A stretch of 64,000 bases of DNA, taken from assembly GCA_964368985.1 (NCBI GenBank), contig CAYJDW010000004.1, positions 3,046 to 67,045 on the forward strand, in the 5' to 3' direction. This DNA is from an uncultured Myxococcales bacterium. GTDB lineage: Bacteria > Myxococcota > UBA727 > JABDBI01. The notes under the pieces were generated by a model. That model had not been told where the DNA came from and made no database searches. It saw only the letters and a list, made by a program, of their open reading frames with translations. Of the stretch, positions 37,506-47,207 are shown piece after piece (position 1 is the stretch's first letter; each line of letters starts with the position of its first letter). Made by a program: the position numbers and the translations under genes.

Positions 37506-39212
37506 ATGTCAGAAAGTGGCGCCATCGAGCGCATAATGAATGAGAGACGTGAAAAAGGGCAAGAGCTTAAAAAACTCGGCCAACATCCTTATAAAAATGG
37601 TTTTAAACCTGACATCACTGCCGAAGAGCTCGCTAAAAAATATGTGCATTTGTCGAAGGAAGAGCTCGAATCTTGCCAAGATGCCTATATAATGGCTGGC
37701 CGATTAATGGCCGTTCGTAGCATGGGCAAAGCGGCCTTTTTGATCATCCAGGACCCCAGCGGTCAAATGCAGCTTTTCTTACAGAAAGAAGCGATTGGCG
37801 AAGATAATTTTGCCGCTTTTAAATTGAGCGACGTGGGCGACTTTATTGGTGTTCGTGGCACGCCCATGAAAACTAAAACAGGCGAGCTGTCCTTAAAAAT
37901 TTCAAACTTCACGATGTTGACCAAATCACTCAAACCTTTGCCGGAAAAATGGCATGGATTAAGTAACGTGGAGCATCGCTATCGCCAACGTTATGTCGAT
38001 CTCATCGTTAACGAAAAAACACGTAGCATTTTTAAAGCCCGCTCGAAGATAATTCGCGGCATTCAACATTTCTTAGACGAACGCGGTTTCATGGAAGTTG
38101 AAACACCGATTTTGATGGATATTGCCGGTGGCGCTGAAGCAAAACCATTCATTACTCACCACAATGCGCTCGGGGAAGATTTGTCCCTGCGTATCGCGAC
38201 TGAACTTCACCTGAAACGTTTAATCGTGGGTGGCATTGAGCGGGTTTATGAAATTGGCCGTTTGTTTCGTAACGAAGGGGTCAGTACTCGCCATAATCCA
38301 GAGTTCACCACCATCGAGTTTTATCAGGCCTATGCCACCTACCAAGATCTCATGGATTTGACGGAAGAACTTTTTCGTAAATTAGCATCGAGTGTCAATG
38401 AAAGTCCCGTCGTGAAATACCAAGAACACGAAATTGATTTTTCAAAGCCTTTTAGACGAGTGCCCATAGCTCAATTGGTGGCTGAGCACTTAGGCTTTGA
38501 TGCTAAAAAGACGGAAGAGTTGATCAATATTTCTTCGGTTGAAAAGGCATTAGCGACGGTAAGAGGACATTTAGCGAGTGAAGAAGAGGCGGTGCTGATT
38601 TGTCTCAAAGAGTTGAGCTTCGATGAGATGAATGCCATTTTGCCCTTTTGTTTTAAAGATGAGCCAGCGGTAGAAGGCACCGATGCCATCGTTATGGCCA
38701 AGAAAATCGTTAAAAATTTGGGGCACGATGTGATTGCCATTGGGCGGGCTGTTGATAAAGCTTTTGCCAATGAAAGCCATCGTTGTCGACGTTTGGCCTT
38801 GCATTTACTTTATGGCGTTTTTGATCACGAGGTTGAGGAAAAGATTATTCAACCTACTTTCATCACCGATTTTAGCGTCTCAGTTTCGCCGCTTGCGCGT
38901 AAACGCGATGGCGATGAAGCTGTGGTGGATCGATTTGAGTTGATCATCGCCAAAATGGAAGTTGCCAATGCTTTTTCTGAGCTCACTGATGCCGATGATC
39001 AGCGCGAGCGTTTTCAAAAGCAAGTGCAACAAAAATCCATGGGTGACGACGAGGCTCCTGATTTGGATGAGGATTTTCTCAATGCCTTGGAAATTGGAAT
39101 GCCGCCGACCGCGGGCCAGGGAATCGGGATCGATCGATTGGTGATGATCTTGACCGATAGTCCTTCCATTAGAGAAGTCATTCTCTTCCCAAAGATGCGA
39201 AAGAAAAGCTAA
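37506..39212 (+). CDS. lysS: lysine--tRNA ligase, class II
   Basis: [23 protein letters not shown] and GIGIDRLVM class II motifs. AGGAG lies 5 nt upstream of the ATG at 37506. The variable domain is enlarged by about 60 aa. Confidence 0.93.
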   Translation: MSESGAIERIMNERREKGQELKKLGQHPYKNGFKPDITAEELAKKYVHLSKEELESCQDAYIMAGRLMAVRSMGKAAFLIIQDPSGQMQLFLQKEAIGEDNFAAFKLSDVGDFIGVRGTPMKTKTGELSLKISNFTMLTKSLKPLPEKWHGLSNVEHRYRQRYVDLIVNEKTRSIFKARSKIIRGIQHFLDERGFMEVETPILMDIAGGAEAKPFITHHNALGEDLSLRIATELHLKRLIVGGIERVYEIGRLFRNEGVSTRHNPEFTTIEFYQAYATYQDLMDLTEELFRKLASSVNESPVVKYQEHEIDFSKPFRRVPIAQLVAEHLGFDAKKTEELINISSVEKALATVRGHLASEEEAVLICLKELSFDEMNAILPFCFKDEPAVEGTDAIVMAKKIVKNLGHDVIAIGRAVDKAFANESHRCRRLALHLLYGVFDHEVEEKIIQPTFITDFSVSVSPLARKRDGDEAVVDRFELIIAKMEVANAFSELTDADDQRERFQKQVQQKSMGDDEAPDLDEDFLNALEIGMPPTAGQGIGIDRLVMILTDSPSIREVILFPKMRKKS

Positions 39213-39241
39213 TTAAAGAAATTATGTGAGCGGTTAAAAAA

Positions 39242-41167
39242 ATGAGTGTCAGCGAACTTTTCTATCAGTCAGCGGTGGTTAATTCACTCGTGTTTTTGTG
39301 GTTGGCCTCGGCGGTGAGTGCGACGCGTATTTTTTTGCGCTGCGAGAGAAAAATCTCTGAATCGCTCCTTTTGGGCGTATTTTTCGGGCCGCTCGCTTTT
39401 ATTGCGGCCTGGCTTTTTGAAGCTTATTTTTTAAATAAAAAATCTTTGCCTGGGGCAGATAAAAGCCCGCTCAACATTCGACCCCAAATCGCCATTTTGC
39501 TCAATGCGGGCCTAACTCTCGCTTTATTCCACTGGCTCTTTGTTTATGAGTTTGCTCGTTCCACCACCTCGAGTGAGGTGCTTATTTTACGCATTGGGCT
39601 TTTTTTAGTGCTTGCGGGCTTTGTAGTGGGCGTGACTCTGGCCCAAATAACCAAGCGCGTGGCTTTTTTTGAGAGTTGCTGGACGACATTTATCCTCAGT
39701 TTCTACATGACAACTCTCGGCGATTGGGCCAATGATGTGTTTTCCTACGGCACTTCTATGGCTTATTTTTCCACGCTGATTCTAACGGGCAGTTTTTTGT
39801 TTCTGATTTTCGCGACCCTAGGCGGTTCTTTAGGATATTTGTTATTTGGCGAGGGACGGCTCAATCTTCGCAGCGGTTATGAGTTTTTTATTGGCGTGCG
39901 TTTTTTAATGACTAAACGCAGTAGTCAGGTGGTATCGCTTATTACCGTGATATCCGTCATTGCCGTCATGATCGCCTGCGGCGGCATGATTGTGGTGATG
40001 AGTGTGATGAATGGTTTTTCGTCGGATCTTCGCTCAAAGATTTTAGGGGCTAATCCTCATCTCATGGTGCTGAAATATGGCAAAGATTTTTCCGAGTACG
40101 CCGACATTGTTAAAAAGACCAAAGAGATCCCCGGGGTAGTAGGAGCAAGTCCTTTTATTATTAACGAAGGAATGGTCTCCAAAAATAAAAATTTATCGAG
40201 TGCGCTGGTAACAGGAATTGCTGATTTTCTCGAGAATAAAAACCAACTCCTGAAATATGTGAGTGAGCAAAGTCTTGGGTTTTTAAATGCTCCTGAAACC
40301 ATTCCCGTTATCAATGAAGTCGAGAGAGGGGCCGACCTGAATGAAGCGCTTGATGCGAAGCCCCAGGTTAATGATTTGCCAGCAGTGATCATCGGCAAAG
40401 AAATGTCCAAAGATTTACAAGTTTTTGTCGGCGATACGGTGAATATTATTAGCCCCGTAGGGGAGCTCGGCCCTACAGGCCCTATTCCTAAAGCTAAGGC
40501 CTTCCGGGTGGCAGGATTTTTTGATTCCGGCATGTATGAATACGATTCAAAATTTGTCTACATGAAGCTTAACGACGCGCAAGATTTTTTTAATCTGAAG
40601 GGCATGGTGACGGGTATTGAGTATCGCCTTGATGACATCGAGAAAACGCGCCAAGTCGCGCAGATTATCGAAGAAAAAATCGGCGCATATCCCTTTTATA
40701 CCCGAGACTGGATGCAGATGAACCGCAATATGTTCTCAGCCTTGCAGCTAGAGAAAATTGCCATGCTGATTATTTTGGGCACTATGATTTTTATGGCGAG
40801 CTTGTTGATTCTCGTGACGCTGATAATGGTGGTGATGGAAAAAGGTAAAGAGATTGCCATTCTTAAGAGCATGGGTGCAACCGATGCCTCCATCATGAAA
40901 ATATTTGTCACCTATGGCCTCTTCGTAGGCGGTTTGGGAGCCCTCTTAGGGGGGAGCCTGGGCGTAGGTATCTGCGTATTGATCGATAAGATTGGTATCA
41001 AGCTTGATTCAGATGTTTATTATTTCTCCAAAGTTCCGGTAAAGCTTGATAGCACTGAAATCTTGCTAGTTGTCGCGTCCGCCATAATCATCAGCTTTTT
41101 GGCAACCGTTCCACCCTCATTATTTGCCGCGCGATTAAAACCGGTAGAAGGATTGCGCTATGAGTAG
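39242..41167 (+). CDS. LolC/E-family lipoprotein-release permease with a ~220-aa polytopic N-terminal extension
   Basis: From residue ~222, FFIGVRFLMTKRSS...MNGFSSDLRSKILG matches the LolC/E N-terminus, and the C-terminus is an FtsX-type 4-TM domain. The preceding 220 aa are hydrophobic helices in the same frame. Confidence 0.8.
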   Translation: MSVSELFYQSAVVNSLVFLWLASAVSATRIFLRCERKISESLLLGVFFGPLAFIAAWLFEAYFLNKKSLPGADKSPLNIRPQIAILLNAGLTLALFHWLFVYEFARSTTSSEVLILRIGLFLVLAGFVVGVTLAQITKRVAFFESCWTTFILSFYMTTLGDWANDVFSYGTSMAYFSTLILTGSFLFLIFATLGGSLGYLLFGEGRLNLRSGYEFFIGVRFLMTKRSSQVVSLITVISVIAVMIACGGMIVVMSVMNGFSSDLRSKILGANPHLMVLKYGKDFSEYADIVKKTKEIPGVVGASPFIINEGMVSKNKNLSSALVTGIADFLENKNQLLKYVSEQSLGFLNAPETIPVINEVERGADLNEALDAKPQVNDLPAVIIGKEMSKDLQVFVGDTVNIISPVGELGPTGPIPKAKAFRVAGFFDSGMYEYDSKFVYMKLNDAQDFFNLKGMVTGIEYRLDDIEKTRQVAQIIEEKIGAYPFYTRDWMQMNRNMFSALQLEKIAMLIILGTMIFMASLLILVTLIMVVMEKGKEIAILKSMGATDASIMKIFVTYGLFVGGLGALLGGSLGVGICVLIDKIGIKLDSDVYYFSKVPVKLDSTEILLVVASAIIISFLATVPPSLFAARLKPVEGLRYE

Positions 41168-41173
41168 TTATCT

Positions 41174-41845
41174 ATGAATGTCGATATACGTGGGCTTTCA
41201 AAATCATATTATTTAAACGGCCAAAAAATACCGGTTTTGCATGATATTAATCTCACCATTAGGCGTGGAGATATGATTTCTCTGACCGGCCCATCAGGCG
41301 TAGGCAAGAGCACTTTTTTGCATGTGGTTGGAACCCTCGATAGCCCTTCAGAGGGCTTGATAACCTATGATTATTGCAATTTGCAAAAATGGTCTGAGGC
41401 TCGGGTTGCTGAGTTTAGAAACAAAAATATCGGCTATGTTTTTCAGTTCCACCATTTGATGAGCGAGTTTAGCGCTGCAGAAAATGTCATGATGCCTTTG
41501 ATTATGCGCCGCATCCCGAAAACTGAGGCCCATGCCAAAGCTTGTGCGGTACTTGAATTTGTCGGTTTAGGCTCGAGGCTTGGCCACAAACCCGGAGAAC
41601 TTTCTGGCGGCGAGCAACAACGGGTAGCCTTGGCGAGGGCTTTGGCGCAGGAACCGGCTTTATTATTAGCTGATGAACCAACCGGCAATCTCGACGAGAA
41701 AACCGGGCAGGATATTATTGACCTCATTCGAAACTACAATACAAAAAATGAAGTCACAGTGCTGTTGGTGACGCACAATAAAAATATTAGCGATTCGTTT
41801 GAGCGTAGGTTGGTGCTGGATCGGGATGGGTTGAGGGAGAGTTAA
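41174..41845 (+). CDS. lolD: lipoprotein-release ABC ATPase LolD
   Basis: [23 protein letters not shown] and [11 protein letters not shown] motifs. Confidence 0.9.
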   Translation: MNVDIRGLSKSYYLNGQKIPVLHDINLTIRRGDMISLTGPSGVGKSTFLHVVGTLDSPSEGLITYDYCNLQKWSEARVAEFRNKNIGYVFQFHHLMSEFSAAENVMMPLIMRRIPKTEAHAKACAVLEFVGLGSRLGHKPGELSGGEQQRVALARALAQEPALLLADEPTGNLDEKTGQDIIDLIRNYNTKNEVTVLLVTHNKNISDSFERRLVLDRDGLRES

Positions 41846-41919
41846 GGTTCTCGTAATAATTCTGCTGCCTGATCGTCATTCCGGGTTTGACTGACATTGT
41901 TTCATAAGTGCGGACCGTT

Positions 41920-42936
41920 TTACCTGCTTGCTTCGCTCTCGACTCCATAAAATTTTGCGCGCCGCTCTTCATCCAAAGTATTTTGTTTTTTCTTGTATAC
42001 CCGCACTGCACACATGGCATCGGCAATTTCAGCCTTAATCGAAAGTTCAAGCGCAATATAAAACGCCATGCTCCCATGGGGAACCACGAAATGGGGTTGA
42101 TCCCCGACCATTACTATTTCCGGATCGCGTCCAATAACGTCGGGAATGGCAAGAATATCAGTATCAGAAATCCCAATATTTTCTTGTAGCTCTTCAAATC
42201 CCTCGGAATCAGGGGCAATATCCAAAGCCCAAAGTCCCTCATAGCGAGGGGGAACACCTTTACTGCGAGCAAAGCCTCTTAAATAGCCATCAGCGACCAA
42301 ATCTCGCTCAGCATCTTTAGCGGCGAGCTCGTCATCGGTTATTTTTTTAGTAGTGTAATAAATTTTATAATTTGGTGAGGAAACATTCAAAGTGTTTTTG
42401 GTTACCAGCAAGCCTATATTCTTAATGAAAAGCTTCTTTTTTTCTGGGTCAATCAGATTCTTTGAGCATTCTTCTGATGCAATAGCGTTGCGGAATTCTT
42501 CTAGATCAAAGCGCCACGCACTCTTTTGGCTGTTGTTTGATTCGACAGCCTCGCGAGCGGACTCGGTATATTCCACATTAAAATCCACAGATTTGCATGA
42601 GAGGATTTGCGGGTATGTACTATCTTTGGCGTATTCCGCGGCACTAACAAGTTTTTTGGGAACACGAAACTCAGCAAAACGTGCACCAAGCCATTTTTTA
42701 TATTCCAAAGAACAGTGCTCGGGATCAACCATTCCTTTTCCCGGTGCATAACCCGGCGGAGCTAAGTTGATTGCCGCCAAACGCTTGTGAATATCTTTGA
42801 CAATTTTTTCTATGTCTTTCTCGTTGAGAACAATGGGTTTATCGAGGGTGACTTCAACCGGAACTTTTACGCAAGACAAGTGGCTAATCAGCGAGAGAAC
42901 TATAGTGAGCTTTAGGGCGAAATTAAGAGCAGTCAT
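41920..42936 (-). CDS. secreted hypothetical protein
   Basis: 338-aa ORF with a hydrophobic N-terminal signal (MTALNFALKLTIVLSLISHLSC). No recognised domain. Confidence 0.6.
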   Translation of the reverse strand: MTALNFALKLTIVLSLISHLSCVKVPVEVTLDKPIVLNEKDIEKIVKDIHKRLAAINLAPPGYAPGKGMVDPEHCSLEYKKWLGARFAEFRVPKKLVSAAEYAKDSTYPQILSCKSVDFNVEYTESAREAVESNNSQKSAWRFDLEEFRNAIASEECSKNLIDPEKKKLFIKNIGLLVTKNTLNVSSPNYKIYYTTKKITDDELAAKDAERDLVADGYLRGFARSKGVPPRYEGLWALDIAPDSEGFEELQENIGISDTDILAIPDVIGRDPEIVMVGDQPHFVVPHGSMAFYIALELSIKAEIADAMCAVRVYKKKQNTLDEERRAKFYGVESEASR

Positions 42937-43241
42937 CTATAAAATCCCTCAAAAAAATTCATCTAGTAGAATGATATCAATAATACAGTCTTTTTATAAA
43001 TGTTTTATTTCAACAAGCACAGTCTGTTCAATTTATTTCCCAATAATCTTTGCTAGGGCCCGCTTTGCCAAGTACTTATTTTATGTCACAAGGCTTAAGG
43101 TCAACTTTTGCTGTATCCGGTCAGGGTTAATTTGGCAAGTCATTTCCAAGGAGCCCGGGCAGCTGCTCACTTGCCCGTCGGCAAACATAAAAGCATAGGC
43201 AGATGGCTCAATAATTTATTCAACTTACTGTGGGAGTTTTT

Positions 43242-44654
43242 ATGGCCTCAGTCGCATCGCTTCCTGTATTGGCTGATTTTGGGGTGATTTCTACCCTTAT
43301 CCTGTTTTCCCACTTGCTGCGTAATAAGATAAAAATATTGCAAAATACTTATATTCCGAGCGCTATTATTGCAGGAATTCTCGCCCTCATGGGGGGGCCG
43401 CAATTCCTCGACATTATCCCTTTTAGTGAGAGCGATGGCTTGCAAAATATTGCGACTTATCCATCATTTTTGGTCGTTCTTTTATTTGCAACGCTATTTT
43501 TGGGAAAGCGAAAAAAGAAGATCTCCATCAAGAGAACTATTGAGCATGCTGGCGATACGTTTTTTTTCAATCTGGCCTCGATCTTAGGCCAATATGGTTT
43601 CGCTTTATTATTCGGTCTTCTGCTTCTGCACCCCCTCTTCCCTTATCTACCCCAGGGCTTCTCGTTGTTGCTGCCCGCCGGCTTTGTGGGCGGTCATGGA
43701 ACCGCTGCAGCCATCGGCACAGTGCTTGAATCATATGGCCTAGAGGGAGCGATGAGCATTGGTTATGCATCCGCGACCATCGGAATTTTGGTGGGGGTTT
43801 TAGGGGGCATGATTTTGATTAATATCGCCACGCGCATGGGATGGACCAGAATGGTGCAGTCGATTCAGGAAATGCCCATCAGCATGAAAACGGGATTTGT
43901 TCCTGAAGAAGAGCAGCCCTCCATGGGCAAAGAAACAGTGAGCCCCATCGCGCTTGATCCGCTCACGTGGCATATCGCTATTGTTTTTTCCACGGCGGTT
44001 TTTGCTTATAAAATTAGCAGTGGCCTAGATTCTTTGCTTGGTATCAGCGTACCAGTTTTTTGTGTGGCACTTTTGACCGGTGCTTTAGTACAAAAAATCA
44101 TGAATATTATGAAAATCGGTCGCTATGTTGATCGCCAAATAATTCATCGCATCGGCTCCATGGTGACCGATTTTTTGGTGGCTTTTGGGATCGCGTCCAT
44201 TTCGGTAAAAATCGTTCTCAACTTCGCCTTTCCGTTGATTCTGATGTTTGCTTTTGGCACGCTTTTTACGCTCGCCTTGGTGTGGTTTATTGGGCGACGC
44301 ATTTGCCGAAATTTTTGGTTTGAACGGTCCATGATCATGTTTGGTTGGAATACCGGTTCAGTGGCCATGTCTATGGTGCTGGTGCGTGTACTCGATCCCA
44401 ATATGCAGTCGGGAGTGTTGGAAGATTTTGGTATTTCTTATTTCGGCGTAGCTTTTGTGGAAATCGCGATTATCAGCCTGGTTCCTCATTTGATTATGCA
44501 GGGAATAGTAGGGTGGCCCATCTTTGTTCTCATAAGTGGATTTTTTGCGTGCTTATTGCTGTCGCGTTTGATCGTCGGATGGTTTAATCCGTCGCCCACC
44601 GCCTTACGTGATGGTGAAGCCGAGATTATGGGCGGCGCTTTTGCCGACGAATAG
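43242..44654 (+). CDS. gltS: sodium/glutamate symporter GltS family
   Basis: LLPAGFVGGHGTAAAIGTVLESYG... aligns with E. coli GltS SITLSGGHGTGAAWSKLF. About 12 TM. GGGAG lies 6 nt upstream of the ATG at 43242. Confidence 0.75.
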   Translation: MASVASLPVLADFGVISTLILFSHLLRNKIKILQNTYIPSAIIAGILALMGGPQFLDIIPFSESDGLQNIATYPSFLVVLLFATLFLGKRKKKISIKRTIEHAGDTFFFNLASILGQYGFALLFGLLLLHPLFPYLPQGFSLLLPAGFVGGHGTAAAIGTVLESYGLEGAMSIGYASATIGILVGVLGGMILINIATRMGWTRMVQSIQEMPISMKTGFVPEEEQPSMGKETVSPIALDPLTWHIAIVFSTAVFAYKISSGLDSLLGISVPVFCVALLTGALVQKIMNIMKIGRYVDRQIIHRIGSMVTDFLVAFGIASISVKIVLNFAFPLILMFAFGTLFTLALVWFIGRRICRNFWFERSMIMFGWNTGSVAMSMVLVRVLDPNMQSGVLEDFGISYFGVAFVEIAIISLVPHLIMQGIVGWPIFVLISGFFACLLLSRLIVGWFNPSPTALRDGEAEIMGGAFADE

Positions 44655-44663
44655 GAGATATTT

Positions 44664-45170
44664 ATGGCCACAAGTTTTTCCCTTGAGCATGACTTTCCTC
44701 AAATTCCTTTAGAGAAATTTGAGGCCTATCTCAATGATCCCACTCTCAATCGGATGCTTGAGGTTGGTTTAGCCTTCGATGAAAGAAAAATGATTGAAAA
44801 GACCGACGCTAAAAATGGCGACGTCATTTGGACTTTTCGAGTAAAAAAGCAAGGTCATTGGCCTTCAGCCGTTAAGAAAATTATGCAGGGCGACGCTTTT
44901 TCTTGGCAAGAAATTTCGCGTTATGTGCCGAAAGAGCATTGTGTTCACTGGGAAATTATTCCGGAACTAAAGACCCTCAAGTTTCATGGCCAAGGGGTTT
45001 GGAAACTCAGTCCCGCAGGCAAAGGATGCAAGCGAGTTATTGAAGGAAAGATTAGCGTCGAGATTCCTCTTTTAGGGAAAGTGGTGGAATCGTTTATCGT
45101 CAATGAACTGAAAAATACCTACGAAATTGAGCCGGGTATTCAAGAGAAATTTTATTCTTCGGTGAGCTAA
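44664..45170 (+). CDS. hypothetical protein (possibly SRPBCC/START-like)
   Basis: 168-aa ORF. The TAATG stop/start overlap with lipA suggests translational coupling. The family assignment is only a guess from size and pattern. Confidence 0.5.
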   Translation: MATSFSLEHDFPQIPLEKFEAYLNDPTLNRMLEVGLAFDERKMIEKTDAKNGDVIWTFRVKKQGHWPSAVKKIMQGDAFSWQEISRYVPKEHCVHWEIIPELKTLKFHGQGVWKLSPAGKGCKRVIEGKISVEIPLLGKVVESFIVNELKNTYEIEPGIQEKFYSSVS

Positions 45171-46042
45171 TGCCTGCCTCATCGAGCGCCCTGCGATTGC
45201 CACCGGCCTTTCAAGCCGGTTTAAGAAGTGCTGCGGCGTTGCGTCCCGTAAAGCGCATCATGCGTGAAGGTCGTTTGTCCACGGTGTGTGAGGAAGCTCG
45301 GTGTCCCAATATCGGCGAGTGTTTTTCAGCCCACAGTGCAACTTTTATGATCATGGGTGATCGTTGCACCCGTCGCTGTCATTTTTGTTCGGTAACTACT
45401 AAAAAACCCTTGCCCCTCGACGACAATGAGCCCGAAGCCGTTGCGAACGCGGTGAAGAAAATGGGGCTTGATTTTGTCGTTATCACCAGCGTCGATCGCG
45501 ATGAACTTCCCGATCTGGGCGCAGGACACTTCATTCGAGTAATTGACGCCGTAAAAACGAGTAATCCTCACGCTAAAATAGAGTTATTGACCCCAGATTT
45601 TCGTGGCCGGCTTGATTTAATCGATCAAATAACCTCGTCGCCAATCGAGGTATTTGGTCACAATATCGAAAGTGTCGGCAGGCTTTATAAACTGCTTCGG
45701 CCTCAATCAAATTTTTTAACCACAACTAAGGTTCTTGCCCACGCTGCCACCAAAAATGTCACGGTGAAAAGCGGCATGATGGTAGGGGTGGGCGAGAATG
45801 ACAACGAAGTTTTGGATAATTTGAGTTTGCTTCGTGATTTGGGAGTGAATATTGTCACGATCGGACAATATTTGCGGCCATCACTCAAGCATTGGCCGGT
45901 TGAAAGATATGTGGGGAACGACAGCTATGAAAAATTTGTCACCCACGGACAAAAAATCGGCATTGCTCATGTTTTTGCGGGGCCCTTGGTGCGAAGTTCC
46001 TATCACGCCAAAGAGGCCTTGGCGCAGGCTCGGCTCAACTGA
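45170..46042 (+). CDS. lipA: lipoyl synthase
   Basis: CEEARCPNIGEC and radical-SAM CTRRCHFC motifs. Confidence 0.95.
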   Translation: MPASSSALRLPPAFQAGLRSAAALRPVKRIMREGRLSTVCEEARCPNIGECFSAHSATFMIMGDRCTRRCHFCSVTTKKPLPLDDNEPEAVANAVKKMGLDFVVITSVDRDELPDLGAGHFIRVIDAVKTSNPHAKIELLTPDFRGRLDLIDQITSSPIEVFGHNIESVGRLYKLLRPQSNFLTTTKVLAHAATKNVTVKSGMMVGVGENDNEVLDNLSLLRDLGVNIVTIGQYLRPSLKHWPVERYVGNDSYEKFVTHGQKIGIAHVFAGPLVRSSYHAKEALAQARLN

Positions 46043-46139
46043 TAGATATGGAAATAATCTCGACAGATGGGTCAATCACCCGATTTGTTCTTATTAGAAA
46101 CTGGACAAAATCCTCAATCATCTGGATCGAGGATAGTCC

Positions 46140-47039
46140 ATGTACATATATATTTTGCTTGTTTTTCTCATCGCTGTTAAGGGTTTTGGCGAAGATTTTA
46201 TTATCAGTGAAATTTTCGCTAACCCCAAAGGTTCCTCCTCCAATCAGGGCAAGTCTTGGCTGGAGTTAAGCGTGCTCGGTGCGCCAATAATCGTTCATCA
46301 CCTAAAAGTGACGGTCTATCGCTCTAAAAATAGTGAGCCTGAGATTATTGTTGAAAAAACGCTCAGTGAAAAAATCCTTTTCGATGACAAATTATTGCTG
46401 GCAGAAGACAAAAACCTTGGCTCAAAACAGTGCCTGCGCTCGCAGGTGCCGCTCATTGAAATAGCGCCTTTAAAACTTAAAAATGCTAAATGGCAAAAGA
46501 TTTGTATCGAGCTTAACCATCAGGAAACTTGCGCCGTTATTGGGAGCTTAAATAAATTTGCCGACGGGGTTTCCCTTTTTCGCTCGCCAACCGATTTAAG
46601 CCTGCAGCCGATTTGGCTTCATGAGCCTTGCTATTTAGGTGAGGGGATTTTTGCGTCGCCCGGTTTGGATGCTCGATTTTGTGCTTTGGGCTCTGTCCAG
46701 ATTTTTGGTAATTGTCCGAAAAAGGGCGGAGAGCTCAAATCTTTCACGAGTGAATCCGGCGCGGCTGCGAAAATTATAGAAGGCCGCCGGGACCAATCGG
46801 AGGTCATATTTAGGCTGAATGGCGATTATACCAATAATCCGACGCGCACTAGTTTTTGTGTCTCTTTAACGCCTGAATCAAAACTTTGTCATGAACTTGA
46901 AGCGGTCAGAAGTTTTGCGGTAGGCCCAGAACACCGTTTGGCAGTGCCCACTTGGCCTAAAGCCATGGGCTCTTATTTGGTACTGGAAGTTCGGAATATA
47001 GTAGGGAAAAGCGATAGGATTATCCTAAGCAAAAGCTGA
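46140..47039 (+). CDS. secreted hypothetical protein (possible lamin-tail-like domain)
   Basis: Signal-like N-terminus. IISEIFANPKGSSSNQGKSWLELSV resembles the LTD start motif (INEixxNPxGxDxxxEWxEL). Confidence 0.5.
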   Translation: MYIYILLVFLIAVKGFGEDFIISEIFANPKGSSSNQGKSWLELSVLGAPIIVHHLKVTVYRSKNSEPEIIVEKTLSEKILFDDKLLLAEDKNLGSKQCLRSQVPLIEIAPLKLKNAKWQKICIELNHQETCAVIGSLNKFADGVSLFRSPTDLSLQPIWLHEPCYLGEGIFASPGLDARFCALGSVQIFGNCPKKGGELKSFTSESGAAAKIIEGRRDQSEVIFRLNGDYTNNPTRTSFCVSLTPESKLCHELEAVRSFAVGPEHRLAVPTWPKAMGSYLVLEVRNIVGKSDRIILSKS

Positions 47040-47080
47040 GCTGCTCTCTTGTTGAATAGGCTTGATGGGCTAAGTAACTA

Positions 47081-47143
47081 AGCCAAGTTGCGCCACCTTG
47101 TCGTCCGCGCGATGGCGGGGACAACAAAGTGGCGCAACTTGGG
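47081..47143. repeat. long imperfect hairpin (about 26/30 bp paired)
   Basis: agccaagttgcgccaccttgtcgtccgcgc gatg gcggggacaacaaagtggcgcaacttgggt. Confidence 0.7.
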
Positions 47144-47207
47144 TGAATTAGAGAGCCACAAATAAGGCTGGACTTAGCGCTATATTTATAGTTTTTATGG
47201 AGTTTTT

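Noticed and set aside
42937-43241. A 300-nt leader upstream of gltS containing a ggcaagt...acttgcc stem, considered as a possible riboswitch or sRNA.
   Set aside because: There is only one short stem and no recognisable conserved riboswitch core. The evidence is insufficient without covariance-model or transcript data.
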